Source: a virus (taxonomy: Duplodnaviria > Caudoviricetes). Taken from it: DNA of 63,936 nucleotides. The DNA lies in the IMG/VR virus record IMGVR_UViG_3300042541_000539, positions 1 through 63,936 of that record. The stretch is one strand, 5' to 3'. The notes beneath the pieces were generated by a model. That model did no database searches and was not told the DNA's origin. It was given only the letters and a program-made list of their open reading frames with translations. Shown here in pieces: positions 46,480 to 55,477 of this stretch (its first letter is position 1; each line of letters starts with the position of its first letter). Made by a program: the position numbers and the translations under genes.

Positions 46480-48342
46480 TTAAGTTATTTCGCAGTTACC
46501 TCCGCCGCAAGCAGCAGAATCACCGAAGTTTGTATTGTCTTGTATTTCAATTACTTTAGACAAATCAACGTCTTTTAAGGTTAGCATCATTTCTTCGTAT
46601 ACTTCTTTAGTACAATCCTCAAATGGCGTTTGTTTATAAGTTCCACCGTGATAAGGTAATACAGACAAACCGTTGTAGTATTCTTTGTTTGCCCACATCC
46701 ACTCACCAACAATTTTCCACTCATCATCTCTAACGGAAACTGTACAAGAAACATTATGTGTATTGTTTCCTTTATCATGACCTGTCTTAACCCAATCCTT
46801 AGAAATCAATTTAACACGTTCCAACAAATCTAATGTAGACTCATGTCGTGTTATAGCTCCATTAGGAGCCTTCTGAGGCACAGAAACGACTGCTTGTAAT
46901 GTTGGATTAAAATATTCATCTTCGATCAGTTCTGGATGATGTATGGCTAAATAAGAATAGATTGCTTCATTCTTGCCCAATCGCATTCTACGGATGTAAT
47001 AGTCGTTATGCCAAGCATGAATCCCACTGCTAGTGCCGAGCACCAAAGAAGTAGTTCCAGCAGGTTTAACAGCAGTAGTACGAGCAGCCCTGTTAATATT
47101 AAGGGCAGCAGAAATAACATTATTAGTTTCTTTAACAACTTGAGCGGCTTCTTCATAGTTTAATTTTAAGTTAGATTTAGAGGCGATACCCGTCATTGAT
47201 ACGCCAAGCAATGCGTCTTTTTCTGTATTCTTTCTCCATATATCACGAAGATAATGAAAGTCTGAATACGACGCCTGTAATGTTCCTAAGAACGCCGCGG
47301 CTGATGCTCTCGCGTTGAATTCTTCTTGACTTTCGATGTCCGCCATATTAATCTCTGTAAGATTACAAAACTGATATGGTCTTAATGCGATCTCACAACA
47401 AGGATTAGTTCCCCAGTCCTTATCATTAGTTAAGTATATACCAGGTTCTCCTGATCCAGATGCTTCAATACGCTCCCATACTTTATCAAATGTTTTCTTA
47501 TCAATCTTATGACGCAGCAAAACAACTGAGTTATTTGATCTACCTCTTTGCGGATTGTTTTCCCACCAATTACCAGCCTTGCAATTCAACATTGCATCGG
47601 AATCAAGATCAAACAAACTAATCATTGCAGCACGTCTAATGCCTCCAGCTAAAACAGCATCAGCAATGTGACACTGAATATCGTGGCACTCAATATCCGT
47701 GAGCTTTGATCTATCTGCTTTTTCTCTAAGAATAGCTTCAATCTTAACTAAGGTTAATCTTAATGGTTCAGGCCCTGGTGCTTTACCTCCTGCGGTTACT
47801 AACAATGCCCCCTTATGTCTGATGTCAGAAAAGTCAAACTCTATATGAGATGTCAATGCTCCCGTATATGATTTGAATAATACCTTAACTGCATCAGCCC
47901 AACCGATAATACTATCCTGAACTACATATCTTTTCTTACGATCGTAATTTGGCTTTCTAATTTCCGGGAGCTTTTCAATTTGGTGATTCTGTACCGAATA
48001 GCCGACTCCGGTACCGCCAAGCAATAGAAACATAGTCTCAGAAAAACTATGAATACTATCGATAGGTAAAAAAGCACAGTTGTAAACGCGAGCATTATTA
48101 AGCTCGATAGCTTTACCACCAAATTGCAAACTACGCATTGATGGTAAAACTTTTTTAGTAAACACGAAATCCTTATAAATTTGCTCAATTGGTTCTTTCA
48201 TTTTCGGGAACTTAGCAATATGCATTTCCATATTTCTAGTAACTAATTCATCCCAGGTTTCTCTTCTTTCTTTATTCGGCAGGTATTTTGCATACTTAGT
48301 GTAGATAGTTATAGAACTGAGAATGTCTTTGTCTAAATCCAT
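46480..48342 (-). CDS. nrdJ: class II (adenosylcobalamin) ribonucleotide reductase
   Basis: YNCAF, GIRRAA, TNPCCEI, VKPAGT, C-terminal CGGGNC; no small-subunit gene. Confidence 0.9.
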   Translation of the reverse strand: MDLDKDILSSITIYTKYAKYLPNKERRETWDELVTRNMEMHIAKFPKMKEPIEQIYKDFVFTKKVLPSMRSLQFGGKAIELNNARVYNCAFLPIDSIHSFSETMFLLLGGTGVGYSVQNHQIEKLPEIRKPNYDRKKRYVVQDSIIGWADAVKVLFKSYTGALTSHIEFDFSDIRHKGALLVTAGGKAPGPEPLRLTLVKIEAILREKADRSKLTDIECHDIQCHIADAVLAGGIRRAAMISLFDLDSDAMLNCKAGNWWENNPQRGRSNNSVVLLRHKIDKKTFDKVWERIEASGSGEPGIYLTNDKDWGTNPCCEIALRPYQFCNLTEINMADIESQEEFNARASAAAFLGTLQASYSDFHYLRDIWRKNTEKDALLGVSMTGIASKSNLKLNYEEAAQVVKETNNVISAALNINRAARTTAVKPAGTTSLVLGTSSGIHAWHNDYYIRRMRLGKNEAIYSYLAIHHPELIEDEYFNPTLQAVVSVPQKAPNGAITRHESTLDLLERVKLISKDWVKTGHDKGNNTHNVSCTVSVRDDEWKIVGEWMWANKEYYNGLSVLPYHGGTYKQTPFEDCTKEVYEEMMLTLKDVDLSKVIEIQDNTNFGDSAACGGGNCEIT

Positions 48343-48361
48343 TGTTTTGTTTTTATATTGT

Positions 48362-48550
48362 TTATACGCTTACTACTAATTTCCAAACCGCTCCTTTATC
48401 AGATGATGGCGGGAATGTTTCTCTTTTTGAAAGAGGAATGTATTGATCACCACTTCTATAAATTCCGCTAACAACAGCTTTCTTCCCTGTGGTTCCAATA
48501 ACATTTTCGCTAGTATATTCTAACAATAATAATAAAATCTTTTTAATCAT
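48362..48550 (-). CDS. YjzC-like small protein
   Basis: TGKKAVVSGIY...ETFPP...WKLV. Confidence 0.6.
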   Translation of the reverse strand: MIKKILLLLLEYTSENVIGTTGKKAVVSGIYRSGDQYIPLSKRETFPPSSDKGAVWKLVVSV

Positions 48551-48572
48551 AGTTTTTGTTTTAAGTTTAAAT

Positions 48573-48764
48573 TTATTTGTCTATCTCTAATGCAATGTCA
48601 ATAAACGGTAAGTAAAGCACATGTGTTGAATAAGTTGGTTCCTCATAAGTTCTCATACCAAACAATATACCCGGGTAAAATCCTATAGATACACTCCAAT
48701 ACTTTTCGTCTTGAAATTCTGGTTCTTCTGGAATGTTAACTGGTGGTAATTTCTTTTTTGTCAT
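48573..48764 (-). CDS. hypothetical protein
   Basis: GFYPGILFGMRTY...HVLYLPFID. Confidence 0.7.
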   Translation of the reverse strand: MTKKKLPPVNIPEEPEFQDEKYWSVSIGFYPGILFGMRTYEEPTYSTHVLYLPFIDIALEIDK

Positions 48765-48824
48765 TTGTTTCTGTTTTTTAGGATTAATTCAATTGTTAAG
48801 TCACAATCACGCTGACTCTGCGGT

Positions 48825-49289
48825 TTATAGTTTATTGTATTTAAGTTTTTCAAGATGTTTTTTTATTATCTCAACTGCTTTATCGCAATCCGTGTGTGAC
48901 TGTGGTTTCAACAGTAGCCTACCTGGGTCGTTTTTACGTATCCAATCTTTAAATAACTTATATCTAAGAGGGAAGCTCTCATTAGCTCTTCCTTTTGTTT
49001 CGCATGTCCACCCATCGCCTTCAAAATCAGGAGTGTACTTAATACCTAATACTTTTTTATTCCCTCTATCCACAAAATCGCCTTTACCATTAGATTGCCG
49101 CTCAATAGAACTGCTGTTAAATTGGAATGTATCTAATAACTGGTACGTTCTACCTTCATATCTAAAATCTATTTTAGCATTCTTTAAAGCAATATACATA
49201 TACTTTTCTAGCCCAGAGGCGAAAGCAATAGAATCATATACTATTTTTTTAGCTACAACCGGGCCTTTCTTACGGGACATCTTTTTCAA
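48825..49289 (-). CDS. T7 endonuclease I-like resolvase
   Basis: FASGLE...YTPDF...ETKG. Confidence 0.8.
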   Translation of the reverse strand: MKKMSRKKGPVVAKKIVYDSIAFASGLEKYMYIALKNAKIDFRYEGRTYQLLDTFQFNSSSIERQSNGKGDFVDRGNKKVLGIKYTPDFEGDGWTCETKGRANESFPLRYKLFKDWIRKNDPGRLLLKPQSHTDCDKAVEIIKKHLEKLKYNKL

Positions 49290-49744
49290 CTGTTTGAAAT
49301 ATTCATTCTATCTATATCAACTGTGCCTGTATTTGCTTTCCAAGTACCTGATCCGTTTGTTTTCCAATTAAAAAAATCATCCGCAAGAGTGCTATTCATA
49401 TCGTCTATTTTAAAGGCATAATGATTGCCACGCCCAATATTAGTCTTCATTGGCTTATCTTTTTTTTTAGTAGGCACTTCAAAAGCATCTATAACATCAA
49501 TATCATTTATTTCGTTTAGCAATGCTTTTTCTTCACGCAACGTAGATATTTCTTCTTTTAAACGTTGAAGATACAATGTAGCATCCATAAGCTCCTCTTG
49601 TAAATGATTAAGCCATGTAAATACATCAGAGTTATCATTGCGTAATGTTTTGCCATACTTAGCAAAGCCAACATCAGAACGATCTACAAATTTGTTTACT
49701 ACAGATTGGACAACAGGGTCTCTAAATTCAATTTCTTGTTTCAT
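49286..49744 (-). CDS. all-alpha NTP-pyrophosphatase-like protein
   Basis: VGFAKYGKTL...WLNHLQEELMDATLY; start revised to MKQEIEF. Confidence 0.6.
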   Translation of the reverse strand: MKQEIEFRDPVVQSVVNKFVDRSDVGFAKYGKTLRNDNSDVFTWLNHLQEELMDATLYLQRLKEEISTLREEKALLNEINDIDVIDAFEVPTKKKDKPMKTNIGRGNHYAFKIDDMNSTLADDFFNWKTNGSGTWKANTGTVDIDRMNISNS

Positions 49745-49745
49745 A

Positions 49746-50555
49746 TTATAGTGTTTGTTTTTGAAATGTTCCGTTAACCATTTGGCCATGTCTAGACTTA
49801 ATTACATCATAAGCTGATGTAACGCAGTCTTCAATTTTTAATCCTTCTAATGCGGCTAGATTAGTTAATACAACAACCATATCGCCAATAGCATCAATAA
49901 ACTCTGCTTTGTCATTTTTAAGAATGGCTCTTGCTAATTCGCCAGACTCTTCTAATAACTTTATGTATTGTGTTTTAGTATCGCCAGATTTATATATACC
50001 GCGCTCGTCTGCCCATTTTCTAATTAGATCATATGTGTTAGGATTTTCAGCAACAACAGATTCTGGTTGATTATAATAATCAGTAGCCATTGATCTTTTA
50101 CCTAAAGACTTTGTAAACTCATCCATTGCTTTATTATACACATAAGATCTACTTGGGTTGAACATGGAAGTATTAGCATTTTTAACTACCCACTCAACTA
50201 GATCGTCAGTTAGAACATATGTCCCAAAACTAGTTTGAATTTTAATTCCTTTATTGTCCATTAGATTACCTTTAAGTTTATTTACAGGACAAGGAAAGGT
50301 TGTTGTTTGATCTGTTACATTTAATACCATTTGATTTATTTGTTTTTGAGTTAAATTTTTATAAGATTGTCTATCTTGTTTGTAACCGTAGATAGATTGA
50401 AGTTCTAATTCACGTGATGACGCATAGTCTATATCGTCCGTAGTTTCTAAAACTTCATATTCGTTTTCTTTATAGCCTTGCTCACGAGTAACCCTATTAA
50501 TAAGATTACGCGTAACTCCTATCTTTTTACCAAAAATGTGATATATAAAATACAT
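49746..50555 (-). CDS. GIY-YIG-like domain fused to a MazG-like pyrophosphatase
   Basis: N-terminal YFIYHI..KIGVT..R; C-terminal KLLEESGEL...DAIGD. Confidence 0.75.
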   Translation of the reverse strand: MYFIYHIFGKKIGVTRNLINRVTREQGYKENEYEVLETTDDIDYASSRELELQSIYGYKQDRQSYKNLTQKQINQMVLNVTDQTTTFPCPVNKLKGNLMDNKGIKIQTSFGTYVLTDDLVEWVVKNANTSMFNPSRSYVYNKAMDEFTKSLGKRSMATDYYNQPESVVAENPNTYDLIRKWADERGIYKSGDTKTQYIKLLEESGELARAILKNDKAEFIDAIGDMVVVLTNLAALEGLKIEDCVTSAYDVIKSRHGQMVNGTFQKQTL

Positions 50556-50563
50556 AATTTAGA

Positions 50564-51331
50564 TTAAATGGCCACTTTTGCTGAAATTACTGGGCCGTGT
50601 TTATAATTTATCAAGGTTAATGCTCCGTTTTCGTAAATGTAGTCTGGAGACTGAAAAGTTTCTTGATCGAGATATTTATGTATAGCATCGCGTTGATTGG
50701 CGTAAATGTGTGCATCAATTATCTGCACGTCTATTCTGTTTGCTTTTAAATCAACCTTGCTTGATACGTATAATAATATTTTAGAGAACAACGCCATGTC
50801 ATAAGGTATACCTAAAAACATATCACCTGATCTTTGTAGCACAAACATATTAAGTTTGTTGTTATCCACAAAGAATTGAAAGTACAAATAACATGGAGGC
50901 AATCGCATTTGATCTAACTGAATAGGATTCCATAAACTTATAATGTGTCTACGGCTGTCTGGATCATCAATTAATTGTTTAATAACTATTTGCATCTGAT
51001 CTATATTTTGATCATTAAAATTGCGCATTTGATGCCCATACACAGGCCCAAGATCACCATTCTCATCTGCCCAAGCATCCCATATCCTTACGCCTGCTTC
51101 TTGGAATCTTTTAATGTTTGTTTCGCCATTTATAAACCATTCAAACTCTGTATCAAAAGTCTTTTGAAACATTTTTCTACCTGTTATTAATGGAAAGCCA
51201 TCATTAAGATTTACACTTAGACTAGCATTGAATATTGAGTTACAGCCAACACCTGTTCTATCCGCTCTTTGTGTATCGGAATTCAGGCACTTGTTAAGTA
51301 ATTCTTTGTATTGTGCTTCGTACTTTGTCAT
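50564..51331 (-). CDS. thymidylate synthase homologue with Asn177-to-Asp (candidate dCMP methylase/hydroxymethylase)
   Basis: DRTGVG, LGPVYG, SRR, LPPCY, QRSGDMFLGIPYD, AHIY. Confidence 0.85.
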   Translation of the reverse strand: MTKYEAQYKELLNKCLNSDTQRADRTGVGCNSIFNASLSVNLNDGFPLITGRKMFQKTFDTEFEWFINGETNIKRFQEAGVRIWDAWADENGDLGPVYGHQMRNFNDQNIDQMQIVIKQLIDDPDSRRHIISLWNPIQLDQMRLPPCYLYFQFFVDNNKLNMFVLQRSGDMFLGIPYDMALFSKILLYVSSKVDLKANRIDVQIIDAHIYANQRDAIHKYLDQETFQSPDYIYENGALTLINYKHGPVISAKVAI

Positions 51332-51332
51332 A

Positions 51333-51668
51333 TTAAAATAGTTTTAAATTATCGGCGCTATTTGTTGTTTGCTGCCGAAGTAATGGTTCTTTTTTTACAA
51401 CGGTTATTTTCTCTTCTTTTAATTCTTTATTGTATTTATCATAATAGTATGTATAAAATTTATATATTTGTTTCCATATGTCTGTTTTCTTATAAGATTC
51501 AGGGCTTATATTTTCTTTACCATTTATAACGATGCATATAAACCATTCAATTGAACTTAAAGCTTTTGGCGATATGTATATATTATTTCTAACACACCAT
51601 AAATAAGCTAACTGTTCTTTAGCAGAATAAATATAATTACCCATATCTATTGGGGGCTGCCTTGCCAT
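51333..51668 (-). CDS. hypothetical protein
   Basis: 111-aa ORF, tightly packed. Confidence 0.7.
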   Translation of the reverse strand: MARQPPIDMGNYIYSAKEQLAYLWCVRNNIYISPKALSSIEWFICIVINGKENISPESYKKTDIWKQIYKFYTYYYDKYNKELKEEKITVVKKEPLLRQQTTNSADNLKLF

Positions 51669-51779
51669 TTATTCCCACGGCATTTTATCGTTATTGCTGA
51701 CTGCTGGAAAGTGTGGAATAAAACAGCCTGAAGCCGGCTCCCATACAAAATGGCATTCAGCGCCATTCTCTCCAAGGTT
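51669..51779 (-). pseudogene. orphaned diverged copy of the primase-helicase 3' end
   Basis: NLGENGAECHFVWEPASGCFIPHFPAVSNNDKMPWE versus QLGENGAEAHFNWDPKSGCFIPHYPAVNSDDKLPWE. Confidence 0.9.
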
Positions 51780-52132
51780 TATGTCATAGATAAACCCTCC
51801 ATAGCTAATACTGATTGGAACATTGCTTCCATATATTTTATTTCTTTTCTTGATTCGCATGTGTAAAGTATTTTAATGTCCTCTATTTCTTTTCCAGTTC
51901 TTTTATGATAATTAAATCTTGATTCAGGTTCATTGGTAATCCCTATGTAATGGTGTGAAGGTATATAATATAATAAATAATAATCCAATCTTTTTAATTT
52001 AAACCTTCTTGCGGAATCAATTTTACAGCATGCTTTACATGTAAATCTATGCCCTTCCTTTTCTTTTGCAGCTTTATTGAATTCAATTAAATTTTTTGTA
52101 ATATTGCAAATTTTGCATTTTCTATTTATCAT
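51779..52132 (-). CDS. Zn-finger plus GIY-YIG-like endonuclease
   Basis: CKIC...CKAC; YLLYY...YIGIT...RFNYH...E. Confidence 0.75.
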   Translation of the reverse strand: MINRKCKICNITKNLIEFNKAAKEKEGHRFTCKACCKIDSARRFKLKRLDYYLLYYIPSHHYIGITNEPESRFNYHKRTGKEIEDIKILYTCESRKEIKYMEAMFQSVLAMEGLSMT

Positions 52133-52134
52133 AA

Positions 52135-52566
52135 TTATAAATGTCTATGAATAGCTTGTCTACTTACATTAAGTACATTTGCTATAAAAGTTATTGATTC
52201 TTCTGGTAATAATTCTTGTATCATCTTAATTTTATCTTTAGTCTTTAATCTTTTATTGTTACTTATTTGCATAACTTGTTTTGTAGATTCTAAAGATTCT
52301 TTCATTTTATTAAGATACAAATTAGAAGACTTTATTTTTCTGTCAGCTAATTCCCTACTCCACTTGTAGAGCCATTCATTGAGCCAGCTATAAGGCTTCT
52401 TCCAGTTATCAAATCCTTCAATGCAATGCAGTTCCCATTTGTTCCCGTGTATTTTGTGTAACCACCAGTATTCAAATCCATCAAAAGTAATCTTATGATT
52501 TTCTGGAATACATAATGATTCAAGATCTTTGTCAGACCAACTCGTTATGTTCATATCTATTTCCAT
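52135..52566 (-). CDS. protein with C-terminal HTH
   Basis: SITFIANVLNVSRQAIHRHL. Confidence 0.7.
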   Translation of the reverse strand: MEIDMNITSWSDKDLESLCIPENHKITFDGFEYWWLHKIHGNKWELHCIEGFDNWKKPYSWLNEWLYKWSRELADRKIKSSNLYLNKMKESLESTKQVMQISNNKRLKTKDKIKMIQELLPEESITFIANVLNVSRQAIHRHL

Positions 52567-52689
52567 TTTGTTATATTTATATTATTACACCTTTACACAG
52601 AAACTTACGGTTACTGTAAGCTTTTATTTTATTAACACCTAATTGCCAGTTATTTATAATTTAAAATAATTTTATTATATACATATTAA

Positions 52690-54399
52690 TTATTCCCACG
52701 GTAACTTGTCGTCGCTATTGACTGCTGGATAATGTGGGATAAAACAGCCTGATTTAGGATCCCAATTAAAATGCGCTTCCGCTCCGTTTTCACCAAGCTG
52801 TTGAAACTTACACTTTAATACTTTAACTTTAACAGTTTTGTTTTCATAGTCTCTGTGTACTAATAAACCATGATAAGATGCATCATACCATTCGCCACCG
52901 CCTTTAATATTATACATTGTAGGTTCTTCAATCTTACCGCTACTGTCTTTATACATTTTAGTAGGGTGCGCAACAACCATTACGAGCACATCGTATTTTT
53001 TAGCAAAGATTTCTATTTGACTTAAGTATTCTAATGTATAAACATTAACATCACCGGATGCATCGTTAGATCTTACCTTGTTAAATGGATCAATAACTAA
53101 GCATTTAATTCCTTTACGTTTAACTAGCTCTGCGCCTTTACGTAGTACAGATTCTAATGTATAACGTTCCATGTCGATAAAGAAATAGTTATCATTAACA
53201 TGATCGGCAACTTGATTCCACTTTTCAGTTTTAATATCTTCAACGCCGGGCATACCTTGCCATGTTTTACGCATTAACTTGTGAGCATGCAAATATGTTG
53301 GGTGATTTTCAGGTGATGCATACGCTGTTTTCCAGCCATACTTTTCATTGTATCCAATAACCATTTGATCTACAAAATCAGATTTACCAGAAGATGGTAT
53401 ACCGGTAACAGTAATGAATTGACCAGTGTACGTAGAAAAAATATCATCAAAATTAGACAAGCCAATTTGGAAACCGGGTTTGAAACCATTTCTAACAAAG
53501 TCTGTAACTTCATCTTCAATGTCCCTAAACGTAGTAACGTTTTCAAGCGGCACGGGTTTTGATCTTGATATTCTTTGAGATAATGCTTCTTTACCATACT
53601 TAATTAAATATTCGTTTGCATCTTTGCAATCATCAAAGGTTGCAATGTAACATGTTTCTGATCCTAATCTTCTAACTAACTCAGTTTGCAATGCTTGACC
53701 TGCTGCATCTGAATCAACAGCAATAATGATCTTTGTTTTGTCATCAAAGTAATCAATACAGTTATCTAGATATTCTAAATTGTTTGTGCCTAACGTGGCT
53801 CCATTTGGTACTGAGATTGCGTTTGTGATACCGGCTTCATGCAATGCAAGCACATCCATTTCTCCCTCAACAATAACGCAATATTCAAAACCAACAATAC
53901 TATTAATATTATAAAATACTTTTTCAGCTCCTTTGAATAATTTAAAGTGTTTGTGTCCATCTCTGTATTTTACGTTTATAAGTTGATCGCCAATGAAATA
54001 ATTAAAGTGTATTGCGTTTTCTGTTTTTCCAGTCTGAGGCATAAACTCAGGACCTTCTGTAACTTGTAAGTCTGTTAATGTTTGTTCTGATATTCCTCTA
54101 TTGTTAAACCATTCAACAACTTTTGAAGTTGCAGGAACTAATGTTGATGTTGGTCTTGTATATATTTTTTCACTTGCTCCTTTGCGTTGGTACGTATGCA
54201 ACTGAAATGTCTTGTTACAGTTATGGCATGTACCTATACCGCGATCCCAATCATAAGATGCACACTTTGCTTTTTCATTCTTAGGTTTTCTATCAGGAGA
54301 ACAGATTGGGCATATGCCACTAGTCTTGCCTTCATCTAATTTGTGAATATTAAATGTATCTATTAAGAAACCATTAATTTCGCTTGTTTGTACGGTCAT
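52690..54399 (-). CDS. T7 gp4/Twinkle-like primase-helicase
   Basis: CPIC...CHNC, TOPRIM IVEGEMD and DSD, Walker A GIPSSGKS, VIDP, VAHP. Confidence 0.93.
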   Translation of the reverse strand: MTVQTSEINGFLIDTFNIHKLDEGKTSGICPICSPDRKPKNEKAKCASYDWDRGIGTCHNCNKTFQLHTYQRKGASEKIYTRPTSTLVPATSKVVEWFNNRGISEQTLTDLQVTEGPEFMPQTGKTENAIHFNYFIGDQLINVKYRDGHKHFKLFKGAEKVFYNINSIVGFEYCVIVEGEMDVLALHEAGITNAISVPNGATLGTNNLEYLDNCIDYFDDKTKIIIAVDSDAAGQALQTELVRRLGSETCYIATFDDCKDANEYLIKYGKEALSQRISRSKPVPLENVTTFRDIEDEVTDFVRNGFKPGFQIGLSNFDDIFSTYTGQFITVTGIPSSGKSDFVDQMVIGYNEKYGWKTAYASPENHPTYLHAHKLMRKTWQGMPGVEDIKTEKWNQVADHVNDNYFFIDMERYTLESVLRKGAELVKRKGIKCLVIDPFNKVRSNDASGDVNVYTLEYLSQIEIFAKKYDVLVMVVAHPTKMYKDSSGKIEEPTMYNIKGGGEWYDASYHGLLVHRDYENKTVKVKVLKCKFQQLGENGAEAHFNWDPKSGCFIPHYPAVNSDDKLPWE

Positions 54400-54415
54400 A
54401 TATTATTTAATTTAA

Positions 54416-54766
54416 TTAGTTTCTAAACATAGTCATTGGCAATCCTTCCATCGCTAAAACAGATTGAAATAATATCTCATGATATGCTGCCTCTTTTTTA
54501 TTAGCAGAACAATATAATAATCTATAATTATCTACATTTTTACCGTTATTTTTATGAATACTTATACGTTTTTCTAAATAATCCGTAATTCCGCAATAAT
54601 TTTCATTTGGTAAATAATAAACATAATAATAACCTGTTTTCATTCTACTATTACGGCAAGTATTGCACATTGCTCTATGAAATTGATTACCTTTTTTATC
54701 TCTATTTTTAGCATAATTTTTTAAAGGTTTTAATTCTTTGCATATACTGCAATTTTTTGTTTCCAT
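54416..54766 (-). CDS. Zn-finger plus GIY-YIG-like endonuclease (paralogue of 51779-52132)
   Basis: CSIC...CNTC; YVYY...YCGIT...R; shared FQSVLAMEGL. Confidence 0.75.
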   Translation of the reverse strand: METKNCSICKELKPLKNYAKNRDKKGNQFHRAMCNTCRNSRMKTGYYYVYYLPNENYCGITDYLEKRISIHKNNGKNVDNYRLLYCSANKKEAAYHEILFQSVLAMEGLPMTMFRN

Positions 54767-54786
54767 AATAATTTGATTGTTACATA

Positions 54787-54822
54787 TATATTATCAATAT
54801 ACAATCGTGTTTTGATTGTAAG
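54787..54822 (-). promoter_or_regulatory. early promoter motif
   Basis: tatattatca-N8-tcgt-N8-tgtaag. Confidence 0.8.
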
Positions 54823-54845
54823 ATCATTACTAATTCTAGATAGAA

Positions 54846-54866
54846 AGACCCCAATAAATGGGGTCT
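54846..54866 (-). terminator. terminator hairpin
   Basis: agacccca-N5-tggggtct followed by TTCT on the minus strand. Confidence 0.7.
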
Positions 54867-54876
54867 AACTAACTAA

Positions 54877-55088
54877 GGTGTTATAAGGCAGTTGGGACCG
54901 AAGGCTTGCAACCACACTATATTAAAGCCGATTCTTATTTGTAACTTCTCGAGTAGTGCCGGCTAACGACCTATATTCTATGGCAATGTTTACGTCTAGC
55001 CAGTGTTGACGGGGCTTCACAAATAGTACTTAGCTTGTACGACATATAATCTATTATTAGAATAGTTACAAGCACCCTTTATAATACT
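54877..55088 (-). ncRNA. candidate structured ncRNA (RNA-A)
   Basis: Intergenic; terminal pairing GCTTGTAAC/GTTGCAAGC, internal stems, downstream terminator. Confidence 0.55.
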
Positions 55089-55139
55089 GTCCAAACTAAA
55101 TCCTGCTTTCGTTGTCTAGACTTTGTTCTGTATTATATT

Positions 55140-55460
55140 TTAGAACGGGAGATCATCGATCGGAGCCGGTGCCCGTTGTGCAGGAGCTTGTGCTTGTTGA
55201 CCTGAATCAGTTCGGGGTGCAACATCAACATTAGCGCCGTTCGTCCATACCACTTTAACATTTCCAAGGTATACTTTTGCTGCTTTTCCATCTCTCTCTT
55301 CTTTAGATTGTTCAACCATCACTGGTCCTTGATTTCCAAACTGATCCACTTCATCATTGATTGTAACGGTGATGGGCAGGTATTTTCCCTTCTTTCCGTC
55401 AATGATTTTGTGCTTTGGAATCTCATTCAAATTAATACTCATTTTTAAAATACTTGCCAT
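55140..55460 (-). CDS. single-stranded DNA-binding protein (putative)
   Basis: GKKGKYL...YLGN with a DDLPF tail; next to exonuclease and ERF. Confidence 0.75.
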   Translation of the reverse strand: MASILKMSINLNEIPKHKIIDGKKGKYLPITVTINDEVDQFGNQGPVMVEQSKEERDGKAAKVYLGNVKVVWTNGANVDVAPRTDSGQQAQAPAQRAPAPIDDLPF

Positions 55461-55477
55461 AATTCTCGTTTTTTGTT

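Noticed and set aside
51669-51860. 63-aa ORF as a real gene, or the cassette as a group I intron
   Set aside because: Its first 27 codons are an alternative frame of the endonuclease gene; no intron core or terminal G, and the helicase already has a complete end
54877-55088. RNA-A as RNase P RNA or a twister ribozyme
   Set aside because: AGAATCGGCTT and CGGTCCCAA resemble fragments of those RNAs, but GAGGAAAGUCC and the twister core pairings are missing
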